From an uncultured Verrucomicrobiota bacterium (GTDB lineage: Bacteria; Verrucomicrobiota; Verrucomicrobiia; Opitutales; Intestinicryptomonadaceae): 64,000 nucleotides of DNA. Below are positions 1-8,959 of this stretch, one piece after another. Under the pieces are notes generated by a model. That model worked only from the letters and a program-made list of their open reading frames with translations, was not told the origin of the DNA and ran no database searches. The position numbers and the translations under genes were made by a program. The stretch's first letter is position 1. Each line of letters starts with the position of its first letter. The stretch is taken from positions 5,624-69,623 of the forward strand of contig CASFWX010000079.1 in NCBI GenBank assembly GCA_949298545.1. The letters run 5' to 3'.

Positions 1-815
1 GTTTTTGCAATTTCCCTCTTTTGGTTTGCCGCAGCTCTCGCCAAAGCGTCGCGGCGGGCCGCCGACTCCCTCAAGTAAAACTCATAGTTGCCAGAATATG
101 TCTCCAGCTTGCCGCGGGAAAGATGGAATGTGCGCGTGCACAACCTGTCGAGAAAAGCTTTGTCGTGGCTGACCAATAATACCGCTCCGGCGTATGAAGC
201 CAGCCAGTCTTCAAGCCATGCAACCGACTCTATGTCCAAATGGTTTGTGGGCTCGTCGAGCATCAGCAAAGCCGGCTCCTTAAGTAAGAGTTTCGCAAGC
301 GCCACGCGCATTTGCCACCCCCCGGAGAACTCCGAACACGGCCTTCGCATATCCGACATTCCAAATCCGAGCCCTTGCAGCACCGTTTCCACACGCGGGC
401 GGATTTTTGACTCTTCCGCATCGGAAAGCTTTTCCTGAATGTCTGCAAGGGCGGATACCGCGTCGGCATATTCGGGGGAATCCGAAGGATATTCTCCTAT
501 CGCCTCATTGACAAGTTCCATCTCCGCGCGCAGTCCGATAACATTCTCGAAAGCGGATTCTGCCTCTTCAAACAGCGGGCGGCTGCCGGCGACAATCCCT
601 TCCTGGGGGAGGTATCCTATCGTGGCATACTTCGGTTTTGACAAGACTCCTGAATCGACGTCCTGAATACCAGCGAGAAATTTTAGCAAGGTTGATTTTC
701 CCGCGCCATTGGATCCGACCAAACCTATGCGATCCCTTCTATTTATGACGGCGCCTACCGAATCGAATATTTTTTTCGGCCCGAAAGAAAGGTTTATGTC
801 CCTCAATTCTATCAT
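1..815 (-). CDS. ABC-F family ATP-binding cassette protein (N-terminal part; 3' end of the gene lies beyond the window start)
   Basis: Not in the ORF track because there is no stop in the window. Reverse translation from the ATG at 815 gives MIELRDINLSFGPKKIFD...GLVGSNGAGKSTLLK (Walker A), then ...LAKLLLKEPALLMLDEPTNHLD (Walker B). Confidence 0.8.
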   Translation of the reverse strand, partial: MIELRDINLSFGPKKIFDSVGAVINRRDRIGLVGSNGAGKSTLLKFLAGIQDVDSGVLSKPKYATIGYLPQEGIVAGSRPLFEEAESAFENVIGLRAEMELVNEAIGEYPSDSPEYADAVSALADIQEKLSDAEESKIRPRVETVLQGLGFGMSDMRRPCSEFSGGWQMRVALAKLLLKEPALLMLDEPTNHLDIESVAWLEDWLASYAGAVLLVSHDKAFLDRLCTRTFHLSRGKLETYSGNYEFYLRESAARRDALARAAANQKREIAK

Positions 816-1083
816 TGTAAAAGCGCGCCGGCCGCGGGGGCGGGGGAGATGGAATTTACACTGCGCCCATGCGATGCCGCCATGCGTCAGAATCCCATAC
901 CGAAATGTGAAGAGCGAAAAAAGCGATGACTGTTATTTTGCGCGGCAGGCGGATATGCTTAAGCTTCTTATAATCCTCCTGCGCGGGCGCCGAAAGCGGA
1001 CACTTGGCGCCGAGCAACGGCAGCACGCACGCAAACGGGAATCTGTTGTTTTAGATCAACCGCAGGCGGCCTGCCGGGGAGCC

Positions 1084-1143
1084 GAAACGCCCCGCCGAAC
1101 GCGCGATGCACTTGCCGTACATAAGCGTTCGGCGGGGCGTTTC
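1084..1143. repeat. Perfect 19-bp inverted repeat (GAAACGCCCCGCCGAACGC / GCGTTCGGCGGGGCGTTTC) separated by a 22-nt loop
   Basis: Read directly: arms at 1084-1102 and 1125-1143 are exact reverse complements. No U-tract on either side, so it is not a canonical intrinsic terminator. Confidence 0.8.
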
Positions 1144-1182
1144 AAAAGAGGCGCATTCCCAGAGCGCTAACTTCCCGCTAAA

Positions 1183-1341
1183 CTATTCGGAAGGCTTTGT
1201 TTTGGGAAGCCCCGTCACGCGCTTGACGTCTTTTATGACCCCGCGCTTCTTCAAGAGATCTATGCGTTCAAAACGCTTCAATACGCTTCTTTTCTTTGAA
1301 GAAGACGCTCCGCTTGCCTTGAGACTGCTGTGTTGTGACAT
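1183..1341 (-). CDS. Small basic protein, 52 aa (MSQHSSLKASGASSSKKRSVLKRFERIDLLKKRGVIKDVKRVTGLPKTKPSE)
   Basis: Below the ORF-track size cutoff; found by manual reverse translation, ATG at 1341 and TAG at 1183-1185. From memory it resembles the small basic protein family seen in PVC-group bacteria (KRFERxxLLKKRG, GLPKTK). Confidence 0.6.
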   Translation of the reverse strand: MSQHSSLKASGASSSKKRSVLKRFERIDLLKKRGVIKDVKRVTGLPKTKPSE

Positions 1342-1428
1342 AAACTTATCCTCAATCTACTGCTGCTGTTTAAAAATCAATAAAACCCGCAAATAAAGAT
1401 TATCCGCCTTGAAATGCAACATTTTTTT

Positions 1429-2031
1429 TTAATAACCGAAATTCCCCTCCACAATGACCAGCCATGCCTGGCAACAAGTCGGGCGGCTAATGATGCAAGT
1501 GGCATTGCAAATTCTTTGCGGGCTGGCGCACGAATAGCATTTGTCCGCCTTTTGCGCGCAGGGCGTTTTGAGCTTCAAGCGGCGGGCATTGAGCGGGGCT
1601 GCGACATTCTTTGCGCGCGATATTGCCGCCTCGAGAGTTGGCTCTATCTTGTTTTCTCCGCACACGAACACAACTATCTTTCTATTAGGGCCGAAAATTG
1701 ACGCCGCTACCCTGTTTCCGCTTCCGTCTATATTTACAATTTCCCCGGTTTCAGAAAGCGCATTTGCGCTCAAAATATAGACTTCGGCATTCTGCGCGCC
1801 AGCCATGAGATCCGGAGTCTTGGGAGCCGCCCAATGCCAATACACGGTATTGCGATCCGACAAAGTATCGTACAATCCGAGTTCCTTTACAGTCATCGAC
1901 CCCCCGATGCCTATTGTCTTTTCAGCAAATTCAGATGCGAAAAACGCGCGCGCGCTTTCAGGATTTTTGAAGAAAAAAGTCTTGAAGCCGTTTCGGGAAA
2001 AAGCGGCGAGGGTTCTTGGTATGTCCGCCAT
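1429..2031 (-). CDS. LUD-domain (lactate utilization YkgG-like) protein
   Basis: 200-aa ORF with SANALSETGEIVNIDGSGNRVAA, FGPNRKIVVFVCGENKI and a C-terminal Cys cluster (TPCAQKADKCYSCASPQRIC) typical of stand-alone LUD-domain proteins. Confidence 0.65.
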   Translation of the reverse strand: MADIPRTLAAFSRNGFKTFFFKNPESARAFFASEFAEKTIGIGGSMTVKELGLYDTLSDRNTVYWHWAAPKTPDLMAGAQNAEVYILSANALSETGEIVNIDGSGNRVAASIFGPNRKIVVFVCGENKIEPTLEAAISRAKNVAAPLNARRLKLKTPCAQKADKCYSCASPQRICNATCIISRPTCCQAWLVIVEGNFGY

Positions 2032-2041
2032 AAATGCAATC

Positions 2042-2815
2042 CTATCTGTCGTTCTCTATGCCCCACTTTTTCCGCAAGTGGGATTCTATCGGAGAAAACA
2101 TGACTTTGTCAACCAATAGACCTATCAGGATTACCACGCACATTACCCCTATTACCTGATTCATCTCGAGCAGTTCGCGCCCGTAGTGCAGTAGTTGCCC
2201 GAGGCCGAAACCGGTGAGGATTGTCACGTAGATTTCCGCCGCCATGAGGGAGCGCCAAGCAAATGCCCAGCCCTGCTTCATTCCGCTCAGAATGCTCGGA
2301 AGCGCCGCAGGAGCTATTACGTAAAGCCATGTGTGAAATCCCTTTGACCCCATAGTTCGGGCTGCCCGGACATAAATTGGAGGAATGCTTTCAACCCCGT
2401 GCTCGGTCGCCAAAATCAGAGACCATACAGTGCCCATGACAACCACAAAAAGCATTGCCGCCTCGGTCTGCCCGAACCACATTATCGCCAACGGCACCCA
2501 ACAGACGCTTGGAAGCGCCTGAAGGCCGAGCGCCAAAAGACCTATCGTACCTTTAAAAATAGAAAACCTCGAGCACAACATTCCCACGGGTATGCCTATG
2601 ACAAGCCCTATCGCATAACCTGTAATTAGGCGCTTTACCGTCACCCAAACCGCCTTGGGAAGCGTTCCGTCGATGGTCGCGTTCCAAAGATAGTGCAAAA
2701 CCTCCGAGGGCGGGGGCAATATAAGCGACAAATCAAAAATCCGCGCTAAGACCTCCCAAAGAGCCACTATCAGGACGAATGCTGACGCCGAATAGATAAT
2801 ATGCTTCCTTTTCAT
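2042..2815 (-). CDS. ABC transporter permease (NitT/TauT: sulfonate/nitrate/taurine-type)
   Basis: 257-aa polytopic membrane ORF. Has an EAA-like loop (AARTMGSKGFHTWLYVIAPAALP). Its start overlaps the stop of the ATPase gene by 1 nt. Confidence 0.8.
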   Translation of the reverse strand: MKRKHIIYSASAFVLIVALWEVLARIFDLSLILPPPSEVLHYLWNATIDGTLPKAVWVTVKRLITGYAIGLVIGIPVGMLCSRFSIFKGTIGLLALGLQALPSVCWVPLAIMWFGQTEAAMLFVVVMGTVWSLILATEHGVESIPPIYVRAARTMGSKGFHTWLYVIAPAALPSILSGMKQGWAFAWRSLMAAEIYVTILTGFGLGQLLHYGRELLEMNQVIGVMCVVILIGLLVDKVMFSPIESHLRKKWGIENDR

Positions 2816-3624
2816 TACTCAGCGACCTCCCCCTCCCCTATGTGTTGCTTGAGAGCCGCCGTAATCTCGGCGGCATGCGATGTCAAAATGGGCGAATTTA
2901 TATCGCGCGGGCGGGGCAGATCTATATCGAAAGTTTTAACGATTCTGCCGGGATGCGGCGAGAAAAGCATCACCCTATCCCCGAGGCACACCGCCTCGCG
3001 AATGTTGTGCGTGACGAATAGAATTGTCTTTTTGCGCTTTTGCCAAATCTGCTGCAATTCACCGTAAAGCTGTTCGCGCGTAAGGGCGTCGAGCGCCCCG
3101 AACGTCTCGTCCATCAGCAGTATGCGCGGATTTGGAGCGAGGGAGCGCGCCAGCGCGACCCTTTGGCGCATGCCCCCCGACAACTGGTGTATGGACGCTT
3201 TCGCAAACTTTTCGAGGCCTACAAGGTGCAAATAAAACTTTGCGACTTCCCTGCGCTCGGGATTTGTCAAATTTGGCTTTAGGCGCAACCCGAACATGAC
3301 ATTTCCCATGACATCGAGCCAGGGGAAAAGGGCATGTTCTTGAAACATTACCATTCTATCGCGCCCCGGGCCCGTCACAGGTACATCGTCGACACAGATC
3401 TCCCCGACGTCCGGCATGTCCAACCCCGCGACTAGATTCAACAGGGTGGACTTGCCGCAGCCGCTCGGGCCGACGAGGCAGACAAACTCGCCCTCGCCAA
3501 CGCTGAGATTTATGTCGCGCAAAGCTTCCACTTTGCCTCCGGCGGAATTGAAGGTCTTGCCGACTCCGCTGACGACGAGCTTCTTCGCCGTCACGTTTTC
3601 GAGTTCTGCGTGCAGATTCATCAT
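2815..3624 (-). CDS. ABC transporter ATP-binding protein (SsuB/TauB-like)
   Basis: Walker A GPSGCGKST, signature LSGGMRQRV, Walker B ILLMDETFGALD. 4-nt overlap with the upstream binding-protein gene. Confidence 0.9.
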   Translation of the reverse strand: MMNLHAELENVTAKKLVVSGVGKTFNSAGGKVEALRDINLSVGEGEFVCLVGPSGCGKSTLLNLVAGLDMPDVGEICVDDVPVTGPGRDRMVMFQEHALFPWLDVMGNVMFGLRLKPNLTNPERREVAKFYLHLVGLEKFAKASIHQLSGGMRQRVALARSLAPNPRILLMDETFGALDALTREQLYGELQQIWQKRKKTILFVTHNIREAVCLGDRVMLFSPHPGRIVKTFDIDLPRPRDINSPILTSHAAEITAALKQHIGEGEVAE

Positions 3625-4598
3625 TTGGATTTGTCGGCGTAGATTTTAGACATGTCCGGAACTTCTTTTATAAAGCCGCACTCGTGCGTATCCTTGACAA
3701 ATTTGTCGAGGCTTTCCCTGTTTACGACGGGAGTGAATATCAGCCTGTTCCAAGACGACTTCATGAGCTTTTCCGGCATCTTGACCCCTGTCAAGGCTTC
3801 GAGCGCCTCGCCGGCGAGCTTTTGCGCTTCCCCCGGATTCTTGTTTATCCATTCCGTAAGTTCCCTGTGGGCGGCGGCAAACTTCTCGACGAGGTCGGGA
3901 TACTTCTTCATGACCGGAACGCTGGCGACCAATACGGTCGTCACGGCGTCCTTCTGGTCGAGAAACACTTTTCCGCCGGCGTCCTGCTCGATTCTGCTCA
4001 CCCACGGCTCGACAGTCCATACTCCGTCCAAGTCCTTAGACAAAAATAGGCGCAACTGTTCGGGGTTGGCAGTGGGAAGAACTGTCGCCTCTCCCCCGGT
4101 GAGGGTGACTTTCACTCCGTTTTCGTTGAGCCAAGCCCTGCATGCCACGTCCTGCGTATTGCCGAGCTGGGGCGTCGCTATCACCTTGCCTTTCAAGTCG
4201 GCGGGCTTTGATATTTTCAAATCGGGATTTACAACCAGCGCCGCGCCGCCGTCGGCCGATCCGGAAATTATCCTAACGTCTTTTCCGCGCGTTTTCACAT
4301 AGGCGTTGATTGCGGGAGTCGGCCCAACGTACGTTATGTCAACCGCGCCCGTAAACATCGATTCCATCGCGCTCGGTCCGGCGTTGAACATGCGCCATTC
4401 TATTTTGACGCCCTTGCCCAAGCGCTCCTCAAACCAGCCCTTTCCGAGCATGCTCAACCTATGGGCAACAAGCGCCTGGGCGTGCGATATATTCGGGAAA
4501 TGTCCGACCTGCAATACTACTTTATCTTCCTTGCCGCAACCGGCAAGCATCAGTGCGGCAAGAACCGAACTCACTATGGCAGATATTTTTATTTTCAT
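3621..4598 (-). CDS. ABC transporter substrate-binding lipoprotein (NMT1/SsuA-like)
   Basis: Signal peptide with lipobox (LMLAGCGK). Periplasmic binding fold motifs; first gene of a three-gene transporter operon. Confidence 0.75.
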   Translation of the reverse strand: MKIKISAIVSSVLAALMLAGCGKEDKVVLQVGHFPNISHAQALVAHRLSMLGKGWFEERLGKGVKIEWRMFNAGPSAMESMFTGAVDITYVGPTPAINAYVKTRGKDVRIISGSADGGAALVVNPDLKISKPADLKGKVIATPQLGNTQDVACRAWLNENGVKVTLTGGEATVLPTANPEQLRLFLSKDLDGVWTVEPWVSRIEQDAGGKVFLDQKDAVTTVLVASVPVMKKYPDLVEKFAAAHRELTEWINKNPGEAQKLAGEALEALTGVKMPEKLMKSSWNRLIFTPVVNRESLDKFVKDTHECGFIKEVPDMSKIYADKSK

Positions 4599-4952
4599 AT
4601 TTTTATATCTTTTATTATCGATTTTGATTTTTCATAATTCCTCCGCCTGTTCAATCTTTTATTTGATTTGCCGGCACAAGTTTTTGAAAACTAAAATTTT
4701 CTTGCGCTGCCCCACCGCAAGCAGCGCAGAAAAGAATTTATCCCAAGCGGGAAGATTTCAGGAAAAACTGTCAAGCGCGATATTGCGCGTGCAATAATTC
4801 CTTAAACTGCGAAACTGAAATTTCACACCGCCTCGGCTTGTAAATAAAAACGTGCCTTTAAAAAAATTTTCAAATCAAATTCAATGCGTACAATTTCAAG
4901 CAAAAGGCAAAATCTCCTGAATAAATAAATTTTCTGTGGAAATTAGACCGTC

Positions 4953-6257
4953 TCAGGCTCCGCGCTCAAAAAGCTTTAAAACTTTCATTTGGGTCCCGCG
5001 CGAATTTTTATTTGAGCTCGCCGAGCTTTGGCTTGAAGCAGCTCCCGAACCCGATTCGCCGGAAGCTTTATGTCCGCCGCCCGAGCTTTGCGACTTATTT
5101 CCACCCGATGACGATCCTCCAGACGAGGATCCGCCAGATTTTCCCGAGCTGCGCTTGTTCTCCTGCTGGGATCCGTAATAAGCGCAAAGGTAATATTCCC
5201 CGATGCCCCGCCTTACAGTAACTTCTATCTTTAAAAGAGTGCTTTTGCAATTTGTCATAGTCGCCGGATATTCTCCGCCGCCCCTATTGGTGATGTCCTC
5301 TTTTTGTTTAATCCAGCGTATTCCGTCGGTTATGGATCCTATCTTGCCCCTTATCGCCAAGTAAAGGTCGTCGGAGTAGGTTTTATCCTCCATCTCCATC
5401 AGGATTTCAAGTACTTCAGGGGAAGCGGAATTGAGATTTATAGTGCTGAAATCCTCGACCGACACTATGCGGCCAAGCTTTTTGAAGAGCTCGTTAGGGA
5501 ACCCGTTTTCGTCGAAAAACACGTCGCGCGCCTTTTTTACATACGCGAGCTCTGACAAGGACTTCAAGGGGCGGTTGGGCGGAAAAGCCTCGTAGCGGTC
5601 GTAATCGTCGTATTCCGCCCCGCTCAAGAGAGCCGCGTCGTCAGAATCGGTCCAATCCATGATGCAATCGGCGCATTCCTCCGCGTCGCGCGATGTCAAT
5701 CCGATTTCCTCAAGAAGGCTCGCCAGTTTTGTGGTGTCCAAATTCCGCAGCGGAATCTTCCCGCTCTCGTCGCTTATTTTCACGATTACATCGCCTGAAT
5801 TTTCGCCTTGCAATCTCCCGTCGGCAAGCGGCTCCTCCCACCCTTGCAATGGGGAATATATCCCCCCGTCTATTTCAGAATACTCCGCCAGCACCGCAAT
5901 AGCCGCGTTTAGGGCACCGTAAGCTTCGGAACGCAAGTCGCATTCGTAAACAGCCGAAGCCCTCGGCTTCATCTCCCGCATGGAGTACTCTACGAGATAT
6001 ACCGACACTATCGAGGCGGCAAACACTATCGCCATGACAAAAATAACCGCCGATCCGCTTCGCGCGGCAAGCCCGCTTGGGTTTCCAATCCGCTTTCGAA
6101 TGGAAAACAATCCCGGTTTAACCGGATTCCTTTTCACGCATTCTGATTCGCGCTCATGCCGCCAACGGCGGCAGCCGCCGGATTTTCCGGCGCAGAATTT
6201 CCGGCATGGGAAACCGAAGATTCCATGAATGATACCCTCTGCAAAAAAGTTTGTCAT
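4953..6257 (-). CDS. gspK: Type II secretion minor pseudopilin GspK-like protein with Ser/Gly-rich C-terminal tail
   Basis: Hydrophobic N-terminal segment (GSAVIFVMAIVFAASIVSVYLV) and an HhH-like INLNSASPEVLEIL motif. Last gene of the pseudopilin operon. Start placed at the ATG at 6257, which forms an ATGA overlap with the upstream stop; the ORF-track start at 6395 lies inside the upstream gene. Confidence 0.65.
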   Translation of the reverse strand: MTNFFAEGIIHGIFGFPCRKFCAGKSGGCRRWRHERESECVKRNPVKPGLFSIRKRIGNPSGLAARSGSAVIFVMAIVFAASIVSVYLVEYSMREMKPRASAVYECDLRSEAYGALNAAIAVLAEYSEIDGGIYSPLQGWEEPLADGRLQGENSGDVIVKISDESGKIPLRNLDTTKLASLLEEIGLTSRDAEECADCIMDWTDSDDAALLSGAEYDDYDRYEAFPPNRPLKSLSELAYVKKARDVFFDENGFPNELFKKLGRIVSVEDFSTINLNSASPEVLEILMEMEDKTYSDDLYLAIRGKIGSITDGIRWIKQKEDITNRGGGEYPATMTNCKSTLLKIEVTVRRGIGEYYLCAYYGSQQENKRSSGKSGGSSSGGSSSGGNKSQSSGGGHKASGESGSGAASSQSSASSNKNSRGTQMKVLKLFERGA

Positions 6258-7003
6258 TGCGATATTTGAAAATCCACGAGGGAGTCCAATGAAATTATCC
6301 GCTCGTATTTTTCCCCGTCCTTTTCGAAATAAATTTTTATGTATGATGGCATGCCCTTCCCCACGGCGGTATTTATGTAATTTTCCTCCGTCCACCCCGA
6401 AGTTTCGTCGTAATAAAGATAGGCGAGAGCGGAAACGTACGGAGACACGGGCGTCTTGTAAACCGCAGCTTCAGAATTTTTGTCCTCCGAAACCACGAAC
6501 CTCCAAATGATGAACAGCCCCTCTCCCTCTTTAAACTCGAGAAAGCACAGCTTTTCCGGCGAAAACCTAAACGGCGAAAGATAGAGCGGATGCGCCTCCG
6601 CCACCCCCCAAGCCAGCCAGTATTCGCCCAAGGCGCCGTCGTCGGGATCGAGCGCCAAATACAAAGTCTTTGAGGAATTGTTTGCGTAAGTCGTTCCGAG
6701 TATTGAGGCGTCCGATATCGACGACGATAAGAAGGAGCTGCGCAGAAACTTTTCAACCCCGTCGACGTGCGCGCGAAAACTCCAACCCCTTTCGAAATAT
6801 TCAAGCACATTTACCATGTCGAACATCAGCGCGCACGCCCCGAACATCACGAGCGACGATATCGACATTGCAAGAATCACTTCAACAAGCGTGAACGCCC
6901 GGGAAACTTTCCTCCCCAGAGCTGCCGCCGCAGAAACGCAAGCTTTCGCCGATGCGCTCGCGCGCGGCACCCCGAGGCGGCAGGATTTAAAGTCGGGCGT
7001 CAT
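6254..7003 (-). CDS. Prepilin-type N-terminal cleavage/methylation domain protein (GspJ position)
   Basis: RAFTLVEVILAMSISSLVMF prepilin motif. ATGA overlaps with both neighbouring genes (7000-7003 and 6254-6257). Confidence 0.7.
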   Translation of the reverse strand: MTPDFKSCRLGVPRASASAKACVSAAAALGRKVSRAFTLVEVILAMSISSLVMFGACALMFDMVNVLEYFERGWSFRAHVDGVEKFLRSSFLSSSISDASILGTTYANNSSKTLYLALDPDDGALGEYWLAWGVAEAHPLYLSPFRFSPEKLCFLEFKEGEGLFIIWRFVVSEDKNSEAAVYKTPVSPYVSALAYLYYDETSGWTEENYINTAVGKGMPSYIKIYFEKDGEKYERIISLDSLVDFQISQ

Positions 7004-7473
7004 TGCTGGGATTCCTCCGAATCTTCGCTGTCGGCATAGCGGCGTTTCTTGTCGAGAAAATCTGTTCTATCCTCGAGCAGGCGCTCCCTGTCCAAGGAGT
7101 TCTCGTACCAGCCCGGGCGGATTACATAAGTCTTTCGGCGCAACTCGCCGCCGTTTCCGCCCCCGTAGGCAACTATCTCGAGCTCAAAAAGGTCGAGTAT
7201 CTGGGTGGGCTCGGCATATCCGTAAACGCGATAGGTCTGGCCGTCCAAATTCTTGACTTCGGTACCGTCGTCGAGCTCGTCGTAGCTGCTTATCCCAAGA
7301 ACAGCCTGCGAAGCCCTGTCGAGAACGGCATCGGCAAGGGTGTCTTTGTCTTTTATGTCGAGCGGGTATATGCAGTTGAAGCATATTCTTCCTATCGCAA
7401 CCGCCGCAAATGCGAAAAGCGCCAATGCCAATACGCTCTCTATCAGGGAAAACCCTCCGCGCCCGAGGCGCAT
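7000..7473 (-). CDS. Prepilin-type N-terminal cleavage/methylation domain protein (GspI position)
   Basis: MRLGRGGFSLIESVLALALFAFAAV is a classic short leader plus G|F cleavage site. A longer alternative start at 7578 would overlap the upstream gene by 11 nt. Confidence 0.65.
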   Translation of the reverse strand: MRLGRGGFSLIESVLALALFAFAAVAIGRICFNCIYPLDIKDKDTLADAVLDRASQAVLGISSYDELDDGTEVKNLDGQTYRVYGYAEPTQILDLFELEIVAYGGGNGGELRRKTYVIRPGWYENSLDRERLLEDRTDFLDKKRRYADSEDSEESQQ

Positions 7474-7567
7474 GCGCCCCTTTCCGACTCCGCAAACATT
7501 CACTTTGCGCTTTCTGAAAACCACAAGAATGCCGGATGAGCTCCGAAACCGCCCAATATGTCCAAAA

Positions 7568-8125
7568 TTATCTTTCATCCCGCTTTCCTTCAGGGGCTGC
7601 GCAAAACGGATCGAAATCCAAGACTATTTTGTCAAATCCTTCCTCCTCAACTATGGCGCGCGCGGGCGTCATTGTCGAATCGGGCGAAAACACCAATCCT
7701 TTTAAAGCAGCGTCGTCGTCGAAAATCACCGACACTGCGTTTACTATTTCAGGAAACCTGCCCTTGAACGATACCCGCACTTTGCACGGAAACGACTCCC
7801 AATCCGGCTCCTCCCCTTTTTTCTCGGACTTTTCTACGTGCTCCATGAGGCTGCGAGAAATGAAAATCCTCTCCAAAGTCTCCGCCGTATCGAAATCGGA
7901 AACCACAAAATATCCCCGCGGATGAAAAGCCAGGCTCGTCTTTCGCCCGCGCTCAATCGCCGCCGCGCGCGCGGCCTTTACCGCAGAAACCAGAACCCTA
8001 TCAGGGGGCCTGCTCTTAAAAGAGTCGGCGTTCAATCCCGCTACAAACGCAACCATTCCCCCAGCCGCCCCAATTAGAACGATTGAAAGTATAATTTCAA
8101 TAAGGGTAAATCCTCCCCTGCGCAT
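7568..8125 (-). CDS. Prepilin-type N-terminal cleavage/methylation domain protein (GspH position)
   Basis: MRRGGFTLIEIILSIVLIGAAGG prepilin motif. Start chosen at M18 of the track ORF (8125); the maximal ORF starts at 8176. Confidence 0.65.
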   Translation of the reverse strand: MRRGGFTLIEIILSIVLIGAAGGMVAFVAGLNADSFKSRPPDRVLVSAVKAARAAAIERGRKTSLAFHPRGYFVVSDFDTAETLERIFISRSLMEHVEKSEKKGEEPDWESFPCKVRVSFKGRFPEIVNAVSVIFDDDAALKGLVFSPDSTMTPARAIVEEEGFDKIVLDFDPFCAAPEGKRDER

Positions 8126-8216
8126 AAAAATCACATGCAAGCCGCACTCCGGCGAAATGGGACAGCGCCCCGGCAAACATATCCAAGCCGCACCGCCGCG
8201 CGCGGCAGATTCAAGC

Positions 8217-8663
8217 CTACCAATTTCCTATGTCGTCTTCAGTCTCATTTTGCCCGTCGGGCCCCATAGACCATACGTCATAGCCGTCTTTGCTCTTTAC
8301 GGCGGGATAACGGTACTGGTACTTGTTCCCCCAAGGATCCAGAGGGAGATTGCGCACGTAGGGGCCCTTCCATTTGTCGGCAACGCTTTCAGGAGCCGTC
8401 AAGAGAGCGTCAAGCCCCTCTTCCGTCGTGGGGTACCTGCCTACTGCCAACTTGAAAGTCATCATCGGCGTGGCGAGCGAACCGTTTACGAAAGACTCGG
8501 TTATCTTTGTCTGGGAACTCGTCATTGTCTTATCAACGTTCGTCACCACTATCACGGCAAGCAGCGATATCATAGCTATCGCCAAAAGCACTTCTATGAG
8601 TGTGAACGCGCGGCGCAAAACTGCGGAGCGCATTTTTTTTGGAGAAGTTTTCATATTCGACAT
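8217..8663 (-). CDS. gspG: Type II secretion system major pseudopilin GspG
   Basis: RRAFTLIEVLLAIAMISLLA prepilin motif plus the GspG core GRYPTTEEGLDALL...WKGPY...DPWGNKYQYRYP...YDVWSMGPDG. Internal starts at 8654 or 8633 are possible. Confidence 0.85.
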   Translation of the reverse strand: MSNMKTSPKKMRSAVLRRAFTLIEVLLAIAMISLLAVIVVTNVDKTMTSSQTKITESFVNGSLATPMMTFKLAVGRYPTTEEGLDALLTAPESVADKWKGPYVRNLPLDPWGNKYQYRYPAVKSKDGYDVWSMGPDGQNETEDDIGNW

Positions 8664-8959
8664 GTTTCTATAGGGGTTTTCGCGGAAATTTCCCGCTGGA
8701 AGGATATCCTCCTGTGCGCTTTCGCGCCAACCTGCTTTATTAAAGACCGCTGCGGGCGCAAAAGTTTCAATTTGTCCGACTTTAAAAAATATTTTCGGAG
8801 CGAATATCGAAAGAGTCGAGCAAAAACTGATTCTGTGCTATGGAAGTCTTCCGTAAATTCGCGCCCAGGAAACACGGCCAAGCGCGGTGCGGACAGGAGT
8901 GATGCTCCGCCCGACAGTCCCACATTGCACGGAAAGCCGACAGCCTGAAGCGGCAAGGC

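Noticed and set aside
709-1170. 153-aa plus-strand ORF spanning the ABC-F start region and the gap up to the small basic protein gene.
   Set aside because: It overlaps the ABC-F N-terminus in antisense and runs through the 19-bp inverted repeat. Its composition is Arg-rich and implausible. I recognise no motif.
4940-4960. A CTGAGA motif on the minus strand, reminiscent of the TPP riboswitch core, upstream of the NMT1-like ABC transporter operon.
   Set aside because: The motif lies within the last codons of the GspK-like gene (…FERGA*). The rest of the THI-box (ACCTGATCTGGATAATGCCAGCG-like segment) is absent from 4599-4952.
5040-5180. Repetitive GGA/TCC/GCC-rich DNA that looks like a short tandem repeat.
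   Set aside because: It is in frame and encodes the Ser/Gly-rich tail of the GspK-like protein. It has no regular repeat-spacer structure, so it is not a CRISPR array or VNTR.
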